From assembly GCA_938048735.1 (NCBI GenBank), contig CALIUM010000011.1, positions 24,816 through 88,815 of the forward strand: 64,000 nt of DNA, written 5' to 3'. Under the pieces are notes generated by a model. The model was given only the letters and a program-made list of their open reading frames with translations. It searched no databases and was not told where the DNA came from. Shown in pieces: positions 27,912 to 37,269 of this stretch (positions are counted from its first letter, which is position 1; every line of letters starts with the position of its first letter). The translations under genes were made by a program, and so were the position numbers. This DNA is from an uncultured archaeon. Lineage in GTDB: Archaea; Thermoproteota; Bathyarchaeia; TCS64.

Positions 27912-29327
27912 CTACTCAACATGAACCCTGAGGAGGTCTATGTCCTCCCTGAGGTATGGAAGGAACTCCCTCACAGCCCTCTCAACATCCCTCGACTGGG
28001 TTATATAACGGCCCACTATCAGGATATCAGCCCCGGCATCCAAAGCCATCCTCGCTGTCGACGGCAGTATCCCCCCGGCCACCGCTATAAGAAGCCTCTT
28101 TTCCCTAAAGCTCTCCCTGATCTCCTTGATATAACCCCACCTGGGCTCTGCGCCCCTCTGCTCCGCGTCTATGGATCGGTGGAGAACCACTCCGTCTGGA
28201 AGCCTCTCAAGGGCCTTGAGCCTTGAGACGGGGTCCGAGACCTCCATCATGTCTATGAAGGAGTAGATACTCAGCCTGCGGGCCTCGTATATGAAATCGT
28301 TAAGGGTTTCTGTGGAGGCCGCCCCCAGAGCGCAGACAGCGTCGGCTGTCTCGTTGAATGCTATGTCAACCTCAACCTTGCCAACATCCATAGTCTTCAG
28401 ATCCGCTACAAAGAAGCTGTCTCCAACAATACTCCTTAGCTCTTTTATCACCCCAACCCCATACCGCTTTATGAGGGGGGTTCCCACCTCGAATATTATG
28501 CTGTCGCTCTTGGGCACGTTGGCCAGAACCTTCTTCACAGCCTCAAGCTCCGGTATATCTAAGGCTATCTGGAGATAGGGTGGGCGCCAGAGCCTTGGAG
28601 CCCTGAACTTTACGAGGGGGTGGCGGGCTCTATCCTTCTCGTACATCAGCCTCTCCACCGATGGATACCCTTGGAGGGCTCGTGTGAGGGCCAGCTTAGT
28701 TGCGCTGTAGTTGTACTGGTAGATCTTCCTCTCATCCTCCGCTTTGGGGTGGATGAAGACGCTTGCTATGACCACCCATTCATCCGCCGCCTCCTCCGGG
28801 AGGATCCCCTCTTCAAGGGCGTCCGCGACGGCCTTGGCGACAGCCATCTGGGCGGGGCCGAAGATCTTCCCAGCGTCCTCCATCCCCTTCACCGTGACCT
28901 TTGGGACAATGACCGTGAAGGGCTTTGCGGGGAGGTTGGGCCTGATGACGGAGAGGAGGGGAGTATGTCCGGCGGATAGGTTGCTGAGAGACTGGGCGAA
29001 GGCGTGGCCCACCGGGCCCCACTTATCCCCTATAAGGAGATCTATATGAGCCACCTCGTTCCCCTCCCCCACTAGGGCCTCCCCTATGAGGTAGACCCCT
29101 TTAGAGGATGAGGTTCTCTCCCTAAATTGGTCTATGGCGGCCCTCATAGCCTCACTGACTGAGCTATATCTACCAGCAGCTACAAGCTCCTCGAGGAACC
29201 TATACTGATCCTGGGTGATCCTCCCAGGAGCCCTTATGAGCCCCCTCTCCTCACTCATTCCAGACATACTTCGAAGATCCATATGGCTATATAATCCTTT
29301 CCCCTTGGAGTGTCCTCTAAGTGTCAC
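27912..29327 (-). CDS. fae-hps: Bifunctional formaldehyde-activating enzyme / 3-hexulose-6-phosphate synthase (Fae-Hps) with an N-terminal ~60-aa RHH-like extension
   Basis: Fae block GEALVGEGNEVAHIDLLIGDKWGPVGHAFAQ...VIVPKVTVKG...FGPAQMAVAKAV...YQYNYSATKLAL; Hps (OMPDC-like) block LQIALD...DLKTMDVG...DAGADILIVGR. Confidence 0.85.
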   Translation of the reverse strand: MTLRGHSKGKGLYSHMDLRSMSGMSEERGLIRAPGRITQDQYRFLEELVAAGRYSSVSEAMRAAIDQFRERTSSSKGVYLIGEALVGEGNEVAHIDLLIGDKWGPVGHAFAQSLSNLSAGHTPLLSVIRPNLPAKPFTVIVPKVTVKGMEDAGKIFGPAQMAVAKAVADALEEGILPEEAADEWVVIASVFIHPKAEDERKIYQYNYSATKLALTRALQGYPSVERLMYEKDRARHPLVKFRAPRLWRPPYLQIALDIPELEAVKKVLANVPKSDSIIFEVGTPLIKRYGVGVIKELRSIVGDSFFVADLKTMDVGKVEVDIAFNETADAVCALGAASTETLNDFIYEARRLSIYSFIDMMEVSDPVSRLKALERLPDGVVLHRSIDAEQRGAEPRWGYIKEIRESFREKRLLIAVAGGILPSTARMALDAGADILIVGRYITQSRDVERAVREFLPYLREDIDLLRVHVE

Positions 29328-29516
29328 AAAAGAAAAACTCTAGCATCATTAAGACCTGAAATCTCAGATTTGGTGTCACATATACGCCACAATCGGTTAG
29401 CGCCCTACTACGGCGATAAGGCATCATCATGTCCCATCTGATCCTGGATAGAGCAGAGGCTGGCCACAGTTCAACATAAATCTTGGCAGGGGTTAAAAGA
29501 TAACAAGCCTATAGGG

Positions 29517-29993
29517 ATGTTCAAGAAAGGGGTCGATAAGAGGTTCATAGATTATGTGGAATCGGCCATCACTGAGCTAGCCAGGATTCACGATGTACCA
29601 AAGCCCTCATTTAAGATCTCATTCCTCGGTAGCCTATACCTCCCACTCCGAATATTCGGGGTGCGAAGGATAATCATAAGCTCACGTTATCTCGACTACT
29701 GGAAGATTGATGAGGATGCAACGAAGATCTGCCTGAAACATACCATAGCCCACGAGTTCTGCCACTACCTCCAAGACTTGAGGGGAAGAATGCCAGTATT
29801 AAGGATACCGCCGACACGTCCACCTCTGGGATACCGCTTCCTAGAGTACCTGAACCTGCTCACATATGATCTAGAGGATGAGGCTAGGATCTTCGCAGAG
29901 GAGTTCTCAGGTCTTAAAACCCATCAATATGAGGAGATCCTCAGAGGTCTTAGGGAGGAAAGGATACACCGGAGAAGATATATGAGAATATAA
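29517..29993 (+). CDS. Putative zinc metallopeptidase-like protein (HExxH)
   Basis: HTIAHEFCHYL (HExxH) motif; 158 aa; no further family assignment. Confidence 0.45.
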   Translation: MFKKGVDKRFIDYVESAITELARIHDVPKPSFKISFLGSLYLPLRIFGVRRIIISSRYLDYWKIDEDATKICLKHTIAHEFCHYLQDLRGRMPVLRIPPTRPPLGYRFLEYLNLLTYDLEDEARIFAEEFSGLKTHQYEEILRGLREERIHRRRYMRI

Positions 29994-30030
29994 ATATGGA
30001 CATGAAACACGAAGAGGTGAGACAGGCTCA

Positions 30031-30471
30031 TCAACCCGAATATCTTGGCCTCAACCTCCAGATCCTACCCATCCTCTCATATCTTGAGGCTATCGCGCTC
30101 GAGGCATCCCTAAATAGGTTCTCTGGGTCATAAAGGGGTAGCCCCTCCGATAATGCGTCAAGGATTACCCCCCACCCTCCCTTAATTCCCTCCCAAAGTT
30201 CCTCCGGGGTCAGCCAGATATCCTCAACGGCCAATGGGCGCTTCCTCAGCCTCGAGGTATAAGCCCTCCTCTCCAACAGTCTTTTGGGAAGACCTCTCGA
30301 TACTACAAGTACATCAACATCACTTTCTGGATAGGGTTTAATGAAACCTCTAACTATGGATCCAAAGACAACTATTAAGAGGATCTCATTGAAAGTTTTC
30401 TTTGCCTCCTCCAGAAATTCCTCTAGGTCTTCTATATATTTTCTCTCTCTAACTCTCAAGAGCTTTAACAA
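30031..30471 (-). CDS. Nucleotidyltransferase (MNT/minimal NTase) antitoxin-like protein
   Basis: GS...DxD motif: FGSIVRGFIKPYPESDVDVLVV; 146 aa; overlaps the upstream HEPN gene by 7 nt. Confidence 0.7.
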   Translation of the reverse strand: MLKLLRVRERKYIEDLEEFLEEAKKTFNEILLIVVFGSIVRGFIKPYPESDVDVLVVSRGLPKRLLERRAYTSRLRKRPLAVEDIWLTPEELWEGIKGGWGVILDALSEGLPLYDPENLFRDASSAIASRYERMGRIWRLRPRYSG

Positions 30472-30941
30472 TCCAATCCCTCGATGATCTGCTTTGCAAT
30501 CCTGAATACCTCTCTAGCATTTGCCACAAGTAGATGGGTCTTCTCCTCGTCATATATTTCAGAGGGCTTTATAACTCGATCTATGGTCTCCCAGCCATAC
30601 CTAGGTGCCACGCCCTGATCCTCGAGCACTAAGGAGAGGGAGACCAGTCTATCTAGAAGGCGCATCTCCTCCTCTGGAAGTTCTATAAGCCCACCGATCA
30701 TTAACCCTCTAAGCACTAGACTAGGCCTATGGGTTTTCCCAGGTTCAAAGCCAAGGGCTACTATAACGCCCTTCACACACTTCTGAGCGGACAGCTCGGC
30801 GTGGAAGACGGAGCTGCCATATCGCCCCTCCCTTAAGTCAGCGTCAGAATCATCTAAATCCTCCTCAGCCATAGATAACCAGTCTAAGGCCTTCCTGGTT
30901 ACAGGCACAAACAGCACCGTAAGAGAGAAGGCAAAGCTCAT
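30465..30941 (-). CDS. HEPN-domain protein (toxin-like partner of the MNT)
   Basis: ~120-aa all-alpha domain, operonic and overlapping with the MNT gene; the true start is probably an internal Met (MAEEDLDD). Confidence 0.6.
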   Translation of the reverse strand: MSFAFSLTVLFVPVTRKALDWLSMAEEDLDDSDADLREGRYGSSVFHAELSAQKCVKGVIVALGFEPGKTHRPSLVLRGLMIGGLIELPEEEMRLLDRLVSLSLVLEDQGVAPRYGWETIDRVIKPSEIYDEEKTHLLVANAREVFRIAKQIIEGLDC

Positions 30942-31166
30942 ATTTTATATTTATATATCTAGTTCCCGTTAAACCCCTTCATCAACTAGACGATGATGAA
31001 TACCGGTTTTGAGGGGGTTTACTTTAAGGGCTCATCTCTTATAGAAATCTATTTCATCTCTATAACCAAGCGAAATCAAGACTAAAATCTGAGAACTAAG
31101 TTATATATTATTTAATCAATAATTAAATAGATAGAGATTCATCTCTTCATCGGGTCTCTGATCATA

Positions 31167-31598
31167 TTAAGGCTCATCCTTAACGATTAACCTAATAATA
31201 ACCTCTTGGTCTACCTTCCTGAGAAGCTTCAGAAGAGGGCTGGGGATGTCGGAGGCTGCCTTATCAGCCTTCACCATGAGGGTTCTGCCACATATATAGC
31301 CACTTTTCCTCACCACAATATCCGTAGGGTGACTCAAGGGGAGCCTAGGATCTCCAAAGCCCGAAACCTTAAATATGAGATCTTCCGCCTCTAGGAAGAG
31401 GCTTATTTTGGCCCCTTCCCTCCTTATCGCCTCCTTTACCTGTGAGCTGAGATCCTTTAATCCCTTCTCAGCTGCAACGGCCACCACACAATCTCCCCGT
31501 GGGGTCACCTCCTCCTCCTTGGTTATCATCAAGGTGGTTCTATGAGAGGCCCTTATATTCGGGTGCCCCCAGGCCCTGAAAATCTCCATCAGGCCCAT
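31167..31598 (-). CDS. DUF371-family archaeal protein
   Basis: N-terminal MEIFRAWGHPNIRASHRTT pattern characteristic of DUF371; 143 aa. Confidence 0.55.
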   Translation of the reverse strand: MGLMEIFRAWGHPNIRASHRTTLMITKEEEVTPRGDCVVAVAAEKGLKDLSSQVKEAIRREGAKISLFLEAEDLIFKVSGFGDPRLPLSHPTDIVVRKSGYICGRTLMVKADKAASDIPSPLLKLLRKVDQEVIIRLIVKDEP

Positions 31599-31672
31599 GA
31601 GGGATATCGAGTCTCCAAGCTTTATAACTTGAAAGGAAAATTTTTACGCTACCATCTTCAACTTCTTCTTTA

Positions 31673-31745
31673 GGGCTGGTAGATCAGTGGTATGATCGCC
31701 GCCTTGGCAGGGCGGAAGTCGCGGGTTCAAATCCCGCCCAGTCCA
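31673..31745 (+). tRNA. tRNA-Ala (anticodon GGC), no intron, CCA not encoded
   Basis: Acceptor GGGCTGG/CCAGTCC (one G-U pair); D-arm GATC-AGTGGTAT-GATC; anticodon stem CCGCC/GGCGG with loop TTGGCAG; T-arm GCGGG-TTCAAAT-CCCGC; discriminator A. Confidence 0.85.
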
Positions 31746-31867
31746 CTCTTCTTTTGGAAAATGGACCCCGTTTAAAGCCTCGATCAATCTTCTGAGGCAG
31801 AAATTGAAGGCCCAAGCCAGGTCAAGGTTCAATTCTTTAGCCCTTTTTAGGAGATCATCGTTCATTC

Positions 31868-31883
31868 TGGCCACCGGTGGCCA
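31868..31883. repeat. Perfect 16-bp palindrome TGGCCACCGGTGGCCA ~125 bp downstream of tRNA-Ala
   Basis: Read directly from the sequence; could form a hairpin or serve as a dimeric protein-binding site. Confidence 0.5.
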
Positions 31884-32275
31884 CCCCCTCACCTTTTCGG
31901 GCTGACCATCGCTCTAAGCACCAATTCGCGGCGTCTATGAACCCATCCCTCAGGAAGCGCCCTGTCTCCCTATCTAGGGCCAAGGGGATAAGCACCTCCC
32001 GCAAAGCCCCGGCCTCCTCCATGAGAGTTTCGAGATTTATCCTCCCTCGCCACTCCCTCCTCAGTCTCGTTTAGGGGCGTCAGGGAGTCTGGCAGGATGG
32101 GAGGAGCAAGGGAGATGGGAAAGGCGAAAATAAAGAAGTGTATGGAATCCGTGAGCGAGAGATGAGTCCGCTTAAGGATTGAGTCCACCATCTCTCGAGT
32201 AAAATTCTGGGAAGAAGTCGATTCTACCGTTCTGCAGACACATTTTTCAGCGACCTTTATGAGGCTCAGACAACA

Positions 32276-32695
32276 TTAATTAATCTCTTCTTTCTTCTTC
32301 TTTATCCCCATTAGACCTATCAGGGATATTATGGCTGCGGAGAGAATGTATATTGATGATTTAAGATTTGGGCTTGAGTTGATTGAGGAGAAGATGTAGA
32401 CTCCAAATCCCATGGCCATCCCTGTAGCGAACCTGATCTTGTTGTTGCTCTCCCTCAAGCCCCAGGATTGGGTCAGCCAGTCGTATGATAGAGGTATAAC
32501 CATGAGGAGGCTGAAGATCAGCTTAAGCTCCTCCTTTATAGGGGAGATGAGATTAACGCCGATTATGCTTGTTAGGGCTGTTAGGGTGAGGAGGCTGGTC
32601 AGGTATCCTGAGCATCTAGAGCAGAATCTGAACTCTCTTCCCAGGATCCTAAGTGAGAACCAGTGCCTGTGGGCTATGAGCCTCCACAGCTCCAT
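32276..32695 (-). CDS. Small polytopic membrane protein (DUF2085-like, CxRC motif)
   Basis: FCSRCSGY motif preceding TM helices; 139 aa, ~4 TM segments. Confidence 0.5.
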   Translation of the reverse strand: MELWRLIAHRHWFSLRILGREFRFCSRCSGYLTSLLTLTALTSIIGVNLISPIKEELKLIFSLLMVIPLSYDWLTQSWGLRESNNKIRFATGMAMGFGVYIFSSINSSPNLKSSIYILSAAIISLIGLMGIKKKKEEIN

Positions 32696-32703
32696 CAGCC
32701 CAT

Positions 32704-33267
32704 CTACTCCCTTATCAGCTTCTCACCGCAGTAGGGGCAGAGGTTGAACTCCTTCAGAACAGGCTTTCCGCAGGATGGGCATCTATCCGATATCGGGGGT
32801 GCGGGGATCTTCAATGGCTGAGAGGCCTTGAACTTGGCTATCCTGCTTTTAAGAGATGAGTCGTATGTTGCCTTCACAACAGTTCCACCCCCTTCAACCT
32901 CTGTAAGTTCAAAGTATATTGGGCCGGAGCTGTCATCCATCCTAAAAAGCCTCGGGGGAATCGCCTCCTTGACAACGAACCTCGCCTCTACCTTTCCTCC
33001 TCCAAAGGCCCTCCTGAACCTTGATGAGAGGGATCCTCCCCCCTCCCTCATCCTCTCCTCAGCCTCCCTCCTCCACTCTGAGGTCGCGTTCTCGATCGCC
33101 TTAAAGGTCTCCTCAATATCCTGGACAGTATACCAAGTCTCGGTTACGCTCTCGCGCTGGGAGGCAGTCCCTCCCCTGGGCTGGGCCATCATCATGGCGC
33201 AACATAACAGAGGGAGGATGAGCCACAGGATGTCCGTAGCGCCCTGCTCCACGAACGGCGGCAACAT
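32704..33267 (-). CDS. Membrane-anchored protein with a C-terminal zinc ribbon
   Basis: N-terminal hydrophobic helix (ILWLILPLLCCAMMMA); C-terminal CPSCG...CPYCG. Confidence 0.5.
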   Translation of the reverse strand: MLPPFVEQGATDILWLILPLLCCAMMMAQPRGGTASQRESVTETWYTVQDIEETFKAIENATSEWRREAEERMREGGGSLSSRFRRAFGGGKVEARFVVKEAIPPRLFRMDDSSGPIYFELTEVEGGGTVVKATYDSSLKSRIAKFKASQPLKIPAPPISDRCPSCGKPVLKEFNLCPYCGEKLIRE

Positions 33268-33581
33268 ATCAATCCGATGGATTTTATCACCAACCCTTTA
33301 TTTAAAACAATGCCCAAAACCTTACCTTAAGAGTTAAGAACCGAAACTCCAGAGCCTAGGCTCTCCATTAGAATTATCCTCAAGATAAGATGAAGAACCC
33401 ACTTCCCCAAGAACCCCTCTATCCCTGTCAAGAATGAGATCCACAATTTAGGCCTCCAATCAGGCCCATGTAGGTTACTCCGTCATATAGGCTGGGGAGG
33501 CGGCCTTGGGGGAGATGGATGATTAAGCTTTAATTCGCAATCCTTTTAAATATGATGAATCCCTTATACTAAAGGAGACAA

Positions 33582-34562
33582 ATGAAAACAAAAATACCAT
33601 TAGTATGCTTAATTATAATATCTATATCAATTATGGTTATTCCATCTCATTGTGCAGAAGAAGGAGGATGGATCTCATGGTATAAAGTAGAAGATTTAAA
33701 GACGAAAAAATTGATAATGGAAAAAGATCTTATAACAGGAAATGAAAAAATCTATGAACCTGTACTTAGCGGTGCAGAATATAATGTAACTGTTGTTTTA
33801 AATATCGCTGTAACTGTACCTCGATCTGTTTTGAAGATCAATACATCATTAGAACGTGCAAGCTTGTTGGATAGGTTTTGGGAGCTTCACACTAAAGATT
33901 ATCCTATGGTTAATTATAATCCAAGTGAAAAAGCTGTAAGATTTAACCAGGTCAAAGGAAATCTTACAATATCAATGTATGGAAGAATTCCTCAAAATAT
34001 AACAGAAAAAATTTTTAACGGATATGTTATTAATAAAGCGGTTGATTATTCCGTTTTAGAATTGAGAGGTCCAAACGATGAAATATTAGATTATTTATCT
34101 TTCAATGTGATAGATTCAAAAATTCATGAATATCGAAATTTGTTAAGGTCAAAAGAAAATGATTTGAAAAATATTAAAAATCAAGGAGTAATAAGTTCAT
34201 ATGTTAAGTTATATGAAAAAATGTTAAATCAATCAAAGTTTGAGGCAGAAAAGGGTTTCATAGATAATGCCATAAAAATATTGAATTTGTTATCTATAGA
34301 AGGAGCTCCCAAAGAACCAACCCCATCAATTTTAGAAACATTATTTTACCCAACTGTTTTGATACTAATAGGTGTGATTGTATTTACCGGATTCATGTTT
34401 CAAAGAAGCAGAGCTAAATTGAATTATACCTTAATGGTGGTTGAAGAACAAGTCAAAGAGCTGGAGGGTCTAGGGGTCAGATTATCTAAAATAGATAAAA
34501 ATATTTCTTTAAATTTGGATGGTATTAAAGATAGGCTGAAAAGGTTGGTTGGGGTGTCCTGA
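33582..34562 (+). CDS. Type-I membrane protein: signal peptide, ~220-aa extracellular domain with several N-glycosylation sequons, single TM helix, ~55-aa cytoplasmic tail
   Basis: N-terminal LVCLIIISISIMVIPSHC; NVT/NTS/NLT/NIT sequons; TM TVLILIGVIVFTGFMF followed by QRSRAK; the stop overlaps the next gene start (translational coupling). Confidence 0.6.
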   Translation: MKTKIPLVCLIIISISIMVIPSHCAEEGGWISWYKVEDLKTKKLIMEKDLITGNEKIYEPVLSGAEYNVTVVLNIAVTVPRSVLKINTSLERASLLDRFWELHTKDYPMVNYNPSEKAVRFNQVKGNLTISMYGRIPQNITEKIFNGYVINKAVDYSVLELRGPNDEILDYLSFNVIDSKIHEYRNLLRSKENDLKNIKNQGVISSYVKLYEKMLNQSKFEAEKGFIDNAIKILNLLSIEGAPKEPTPSILETLFYPTVLILIGVIVFTGFMFQRSRAKLNYTLMVVEEQVKELEGLGVRLSKIDKNISLNLDGIKDRLKRLVGVS

Positions 34563-37218
34563 TTTGTCAAAACAGCCCTCTAACATAATTCACCTAATAG
34601 GTTTAGGTTCCGCTGGGACGAATATAGTTGAAGCCTTTATTTCAAGTAAGAAAACCATGAACTTATTAGAAAATGAAAATACTCGCCTATCCCTTTTAGC
34701 TATAGATGTTGCAGATCCAGATATCAGAAGTTTGCAGGAAACATATAGTAAATTATTAAAGGAGATGAAAGATAAGGGCATACCTAAAGAAAGAATTTCT
34801 CTAATAGCTCAATCCATTAAATTTCCAACCGCTGAAGCTATGTTTGACTTTATAAATGAAAAATATAAAGATCATTTAATTAGTGAGGGTGTAACTCTTG
34901 AGGAATATTCCCCGTGGTTGCCTTCAACGATGGCGATACCACCTCTAGCAGGAGGCGCTGGTAGGAGAAGAGCTCTGGCTAAGGCGATATACGCCTTAAA
35001 CTATTACCAACTTGGAATCATAAGAAACTTCTTGAACTCTTTCAAGGAACAGGCCCTCTCATCGATAATGACCCCAATAGTGATGATCATCTACGGGATA
35101 GGTGGGGGGACCGGGAGCGGGATAGCCTTCGAGTTCGCTAGGCACCTCAGGAAGGTTCTAGGTTCAGGAGTTCCGATCATAGGCATGTCCATCCTTCCAT
35201 GCAGGGGGGATGACCCGCCCGCCAAGGGCTGCTCGGCCTTCTCCTCGTTAACCGAACTCTCACTGCTGTTGAATAAGGACTATAACGATTATATATGCAA
35301 GAATTATGGTGAATTCTATAGAAACCCCTTCAACGCATTTATATGCATTCCACTAACTCCAGCATATTCAAATACAGGGAACATAATAGTAGCTAGAAAA
35401 GATATCGATGAAATGATTATAGATATAATATATATGTTAATGGATTTTGATTTATCTGATCTATTAGGGGGAATAGGAACTGAAGTAGGGTTAACCGAAG
35501 ATTATATTCATACAATAAGTATGACAAAAGTTGTTTATCCAGTAGATGAATATATAGATGCTTTTAAAATATACTTAGATAGAATACAAACTTTATACGA
35601 ATTCAGAAAAGAGAAACTTGAAATAATAAACAATATTAATGAAATATTGATGCTAAGATATAATGATATAAAGGAAATCCTAAAAATGTATTTGATAAAA
35701 ACAGGAACATATGTGGAAGAACAATTCGATGAAAAAACTAAATCCATAATAAGGAGCTCATCAAGATTTAACGAAGATTATTGGTTATATATCAAAGGAG
35801 TAGAAGATCAAATAAAAAATTGGATTAGTGAATTGTCAAAATTCTTGACAACAATAAAATTGACAGCTAAAACCGGGACAATAGAAGACGCCATTGTCAA
35901 TTTAACACTCCACAAAGAGGAATCAAGGGAAATGGATAATCTCGAAGATCTATTAACAAATATCACAAAAACATACATTGAATTCCCAGAAAAAAAGGGG
36001 ATAATTTTTGAAAGATTAAAACAGTTAATTCCAAGCTCACAAATACTTACTATAAGACAGAAAAGGATTTTAGATGATTTAATGAACATTACAGAAATTG
36101 TAGATAAAACTCTCCAAATATTTAAATTATATAATGAATCCAGATTTTTAACAGAAACATTAATTAGATATTACTCAGCAATTCCTGAAACAGAATCAAT
36201 ATCGAGAGAATTAAAAGAGATCAGAACAGAACTTACATGTTTATACTATATTGTCCAACTAATCTTGAAAACCCCATTAGATGAAGCTAAAATAATAGAT
36301 GAAAATTTGACTTATCTTCAAGGAATCATAAATAAGATAAGGGATGAAATTAACGTTATAAATGAGGAAATATTGAGAATGGAAGAATCGAAAAAGAGAA
36401 AGGAATTTGATCGTACAAAGTATGAACAAGAAATTGGAAGGTTTTTTGGAATAGGTAGAAGAAAATATATTAAAGAAAAACTGGCTAAGTTAGAGATTGA
36501 TATAAAAAGAATCGAGGAAGAGAAAATTTATTTAGAGAAAAATGCCAAAGATTATGATGTTTTACTAAGATCTTATAATAACTTGATGAGAAAAATTGAT
36601 GTCACTTCAGATTATAGAAGAAAGTTGAACAAGATTATAGAATTATATGGCGCCTATCAAGATAAGATATCTGATGTTCTTAAACCAAAAAAATATTTTG
36701 AAAAGACAACCGAACTAACTGAAACAGAACAAGTAAAAATAATATATAAAATTTTAGCCGAACAAGAGGAAGATTTATCAAGAGAAGGTATCTTAAAAGA
36801 AATCCTTGATACAGATCATTTTAAGGACTATATGAAAAGTGTGATTAGGATTTTCAGGACTCCAAGTTTTATGGGTTTAAATACATCATTTAAATCAGAT
36901 TACATATGGGTAACAGTTCAGACCCCCCAGGGTCTTTGGAATGAAGAATTAACTCAAGAGATTTACACTGTTTTAGCAGGATATATTGTGGGAGAAGTAT
37001 CAAGGAATGTTACAATTAGAATAATAGATTCAAGGGATCCATGGACGATAAGGATTCTTGTTGTAGGTGGAAGAGGAAAACCTATGAATTTAGAAACATA
37101 TGATGAGATGCATGTGCTTTACAATAAATCAACAGAATTTGAAAAACAACTTTCTAGATCCTTTTTAATTGAGCATGAAATCAACATTAATAAGATTATC
37201 GATAAAATAAATCTTTAG
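34549..37218 (+). CDS. Divergent FtsZ/tubulin-superfamily GTPase (N-terminal ~330 aa) fused to a ~560-aa coiled-coil-rich C-terminal region
   Basis: T1-like IGLGSAGTN; T2/T3-like LLAIDVADPD and AGGAGRRRALAKA; T4 tubulin signature GIGGGTGSG; T5-like MSILPCRGDDPPAKG; the remainder is heptad-rich K/E/I/L sequence. Confidence 0.7.
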   Translation: MGCPDLSKQPSNIIHLIGLGSAGTNIVEAFISSKKTMNLLENENTRLSLLAIDVADPDIRSLQETYSKLLKEMKDKGIPKERISLIAQSIKFPTAEAMFDFINEKYKDHLISEGVTLEEYSPWLPSTMAIPPLAGGAGRRRALAKAIYALNYYQLGIIRNFLNSFKEQALSSIMTPIVMIIYGIGGGTGSGIAFEFARHLRKVLGSGVPIIGMSILPCRGDDPPAKGCSAFSSLTELSLLLNKDYNDYICKNYGEFYRNPFNAFICIPLTPAYSNTGNIIVARKDIDEMIIDIIYMLMDFDLSDLLGGIGTEVGLTEDYIHTISMTKVVYPVDEYIDAFKIYLDRIQTLYEFRKEKLEIINNINEILMLRYNDIKEILKMYLIKTGTYVEEQFDEKTKSIIRSSSRFNEDYWLYIKGVEDQIKNWISELSKFLTTIKLTAKTGTIEDAIVNLTLHKEESREMDNLEDLLTNITKTYIEFPEKKGIIFERLKQLIPSSQILTIRQKRILDDLMNITEIVDKTLQIFKLYNESRFLTETLIRYYSAIPETESISRELKEIRTELTCLYYIVQLILKTPLDEAKIIDENLTYLQGIINKIRDEINVINEEILRMEESKKRKEFDRTKYEQEIGRFFGIGRRKYIKEKLAKLEIDIKRIEEEKIYLEKNAKDYDVLLRSYNNLMRKIDVTSDYRRKLNKIIELYGAYQDKISDVLKPKKYFEKTTELTETEQVKIIYKILAEQEEDLSREGILKEILDTDHFKDYMKSVIRIFRTPSFMGLNTSFKSDYIWVTVQTPQGLWNEELTQEIYTVLAGYIVGEVSRNVTIRIIDSRDPWTIRILVVGGRGKPMNLETYDEMHVLYNKSTEFEKQLSRSFLIEHEININKIIDKINL

Positions 37219-37269
37219 GAAAATATAATAATACTAATTCCCAACAATTTCATACTACATCCTGATTTA

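Noticed and set aside
28291-29049. Plus-strand ORFs (95-119 aa) antisense to Fae-Hps
   Set aside because: They are shadow frames; the Fae-Hps assignment on the minus strand is strong.
31644-31892. 82-aa minus-strand ORF overlapping tRNA-Ala
   Set aside because: It runs antisense through the entire tRNA gene, so it is not plausible as an intact protein gene. At most it is a fragment (noted in findings).
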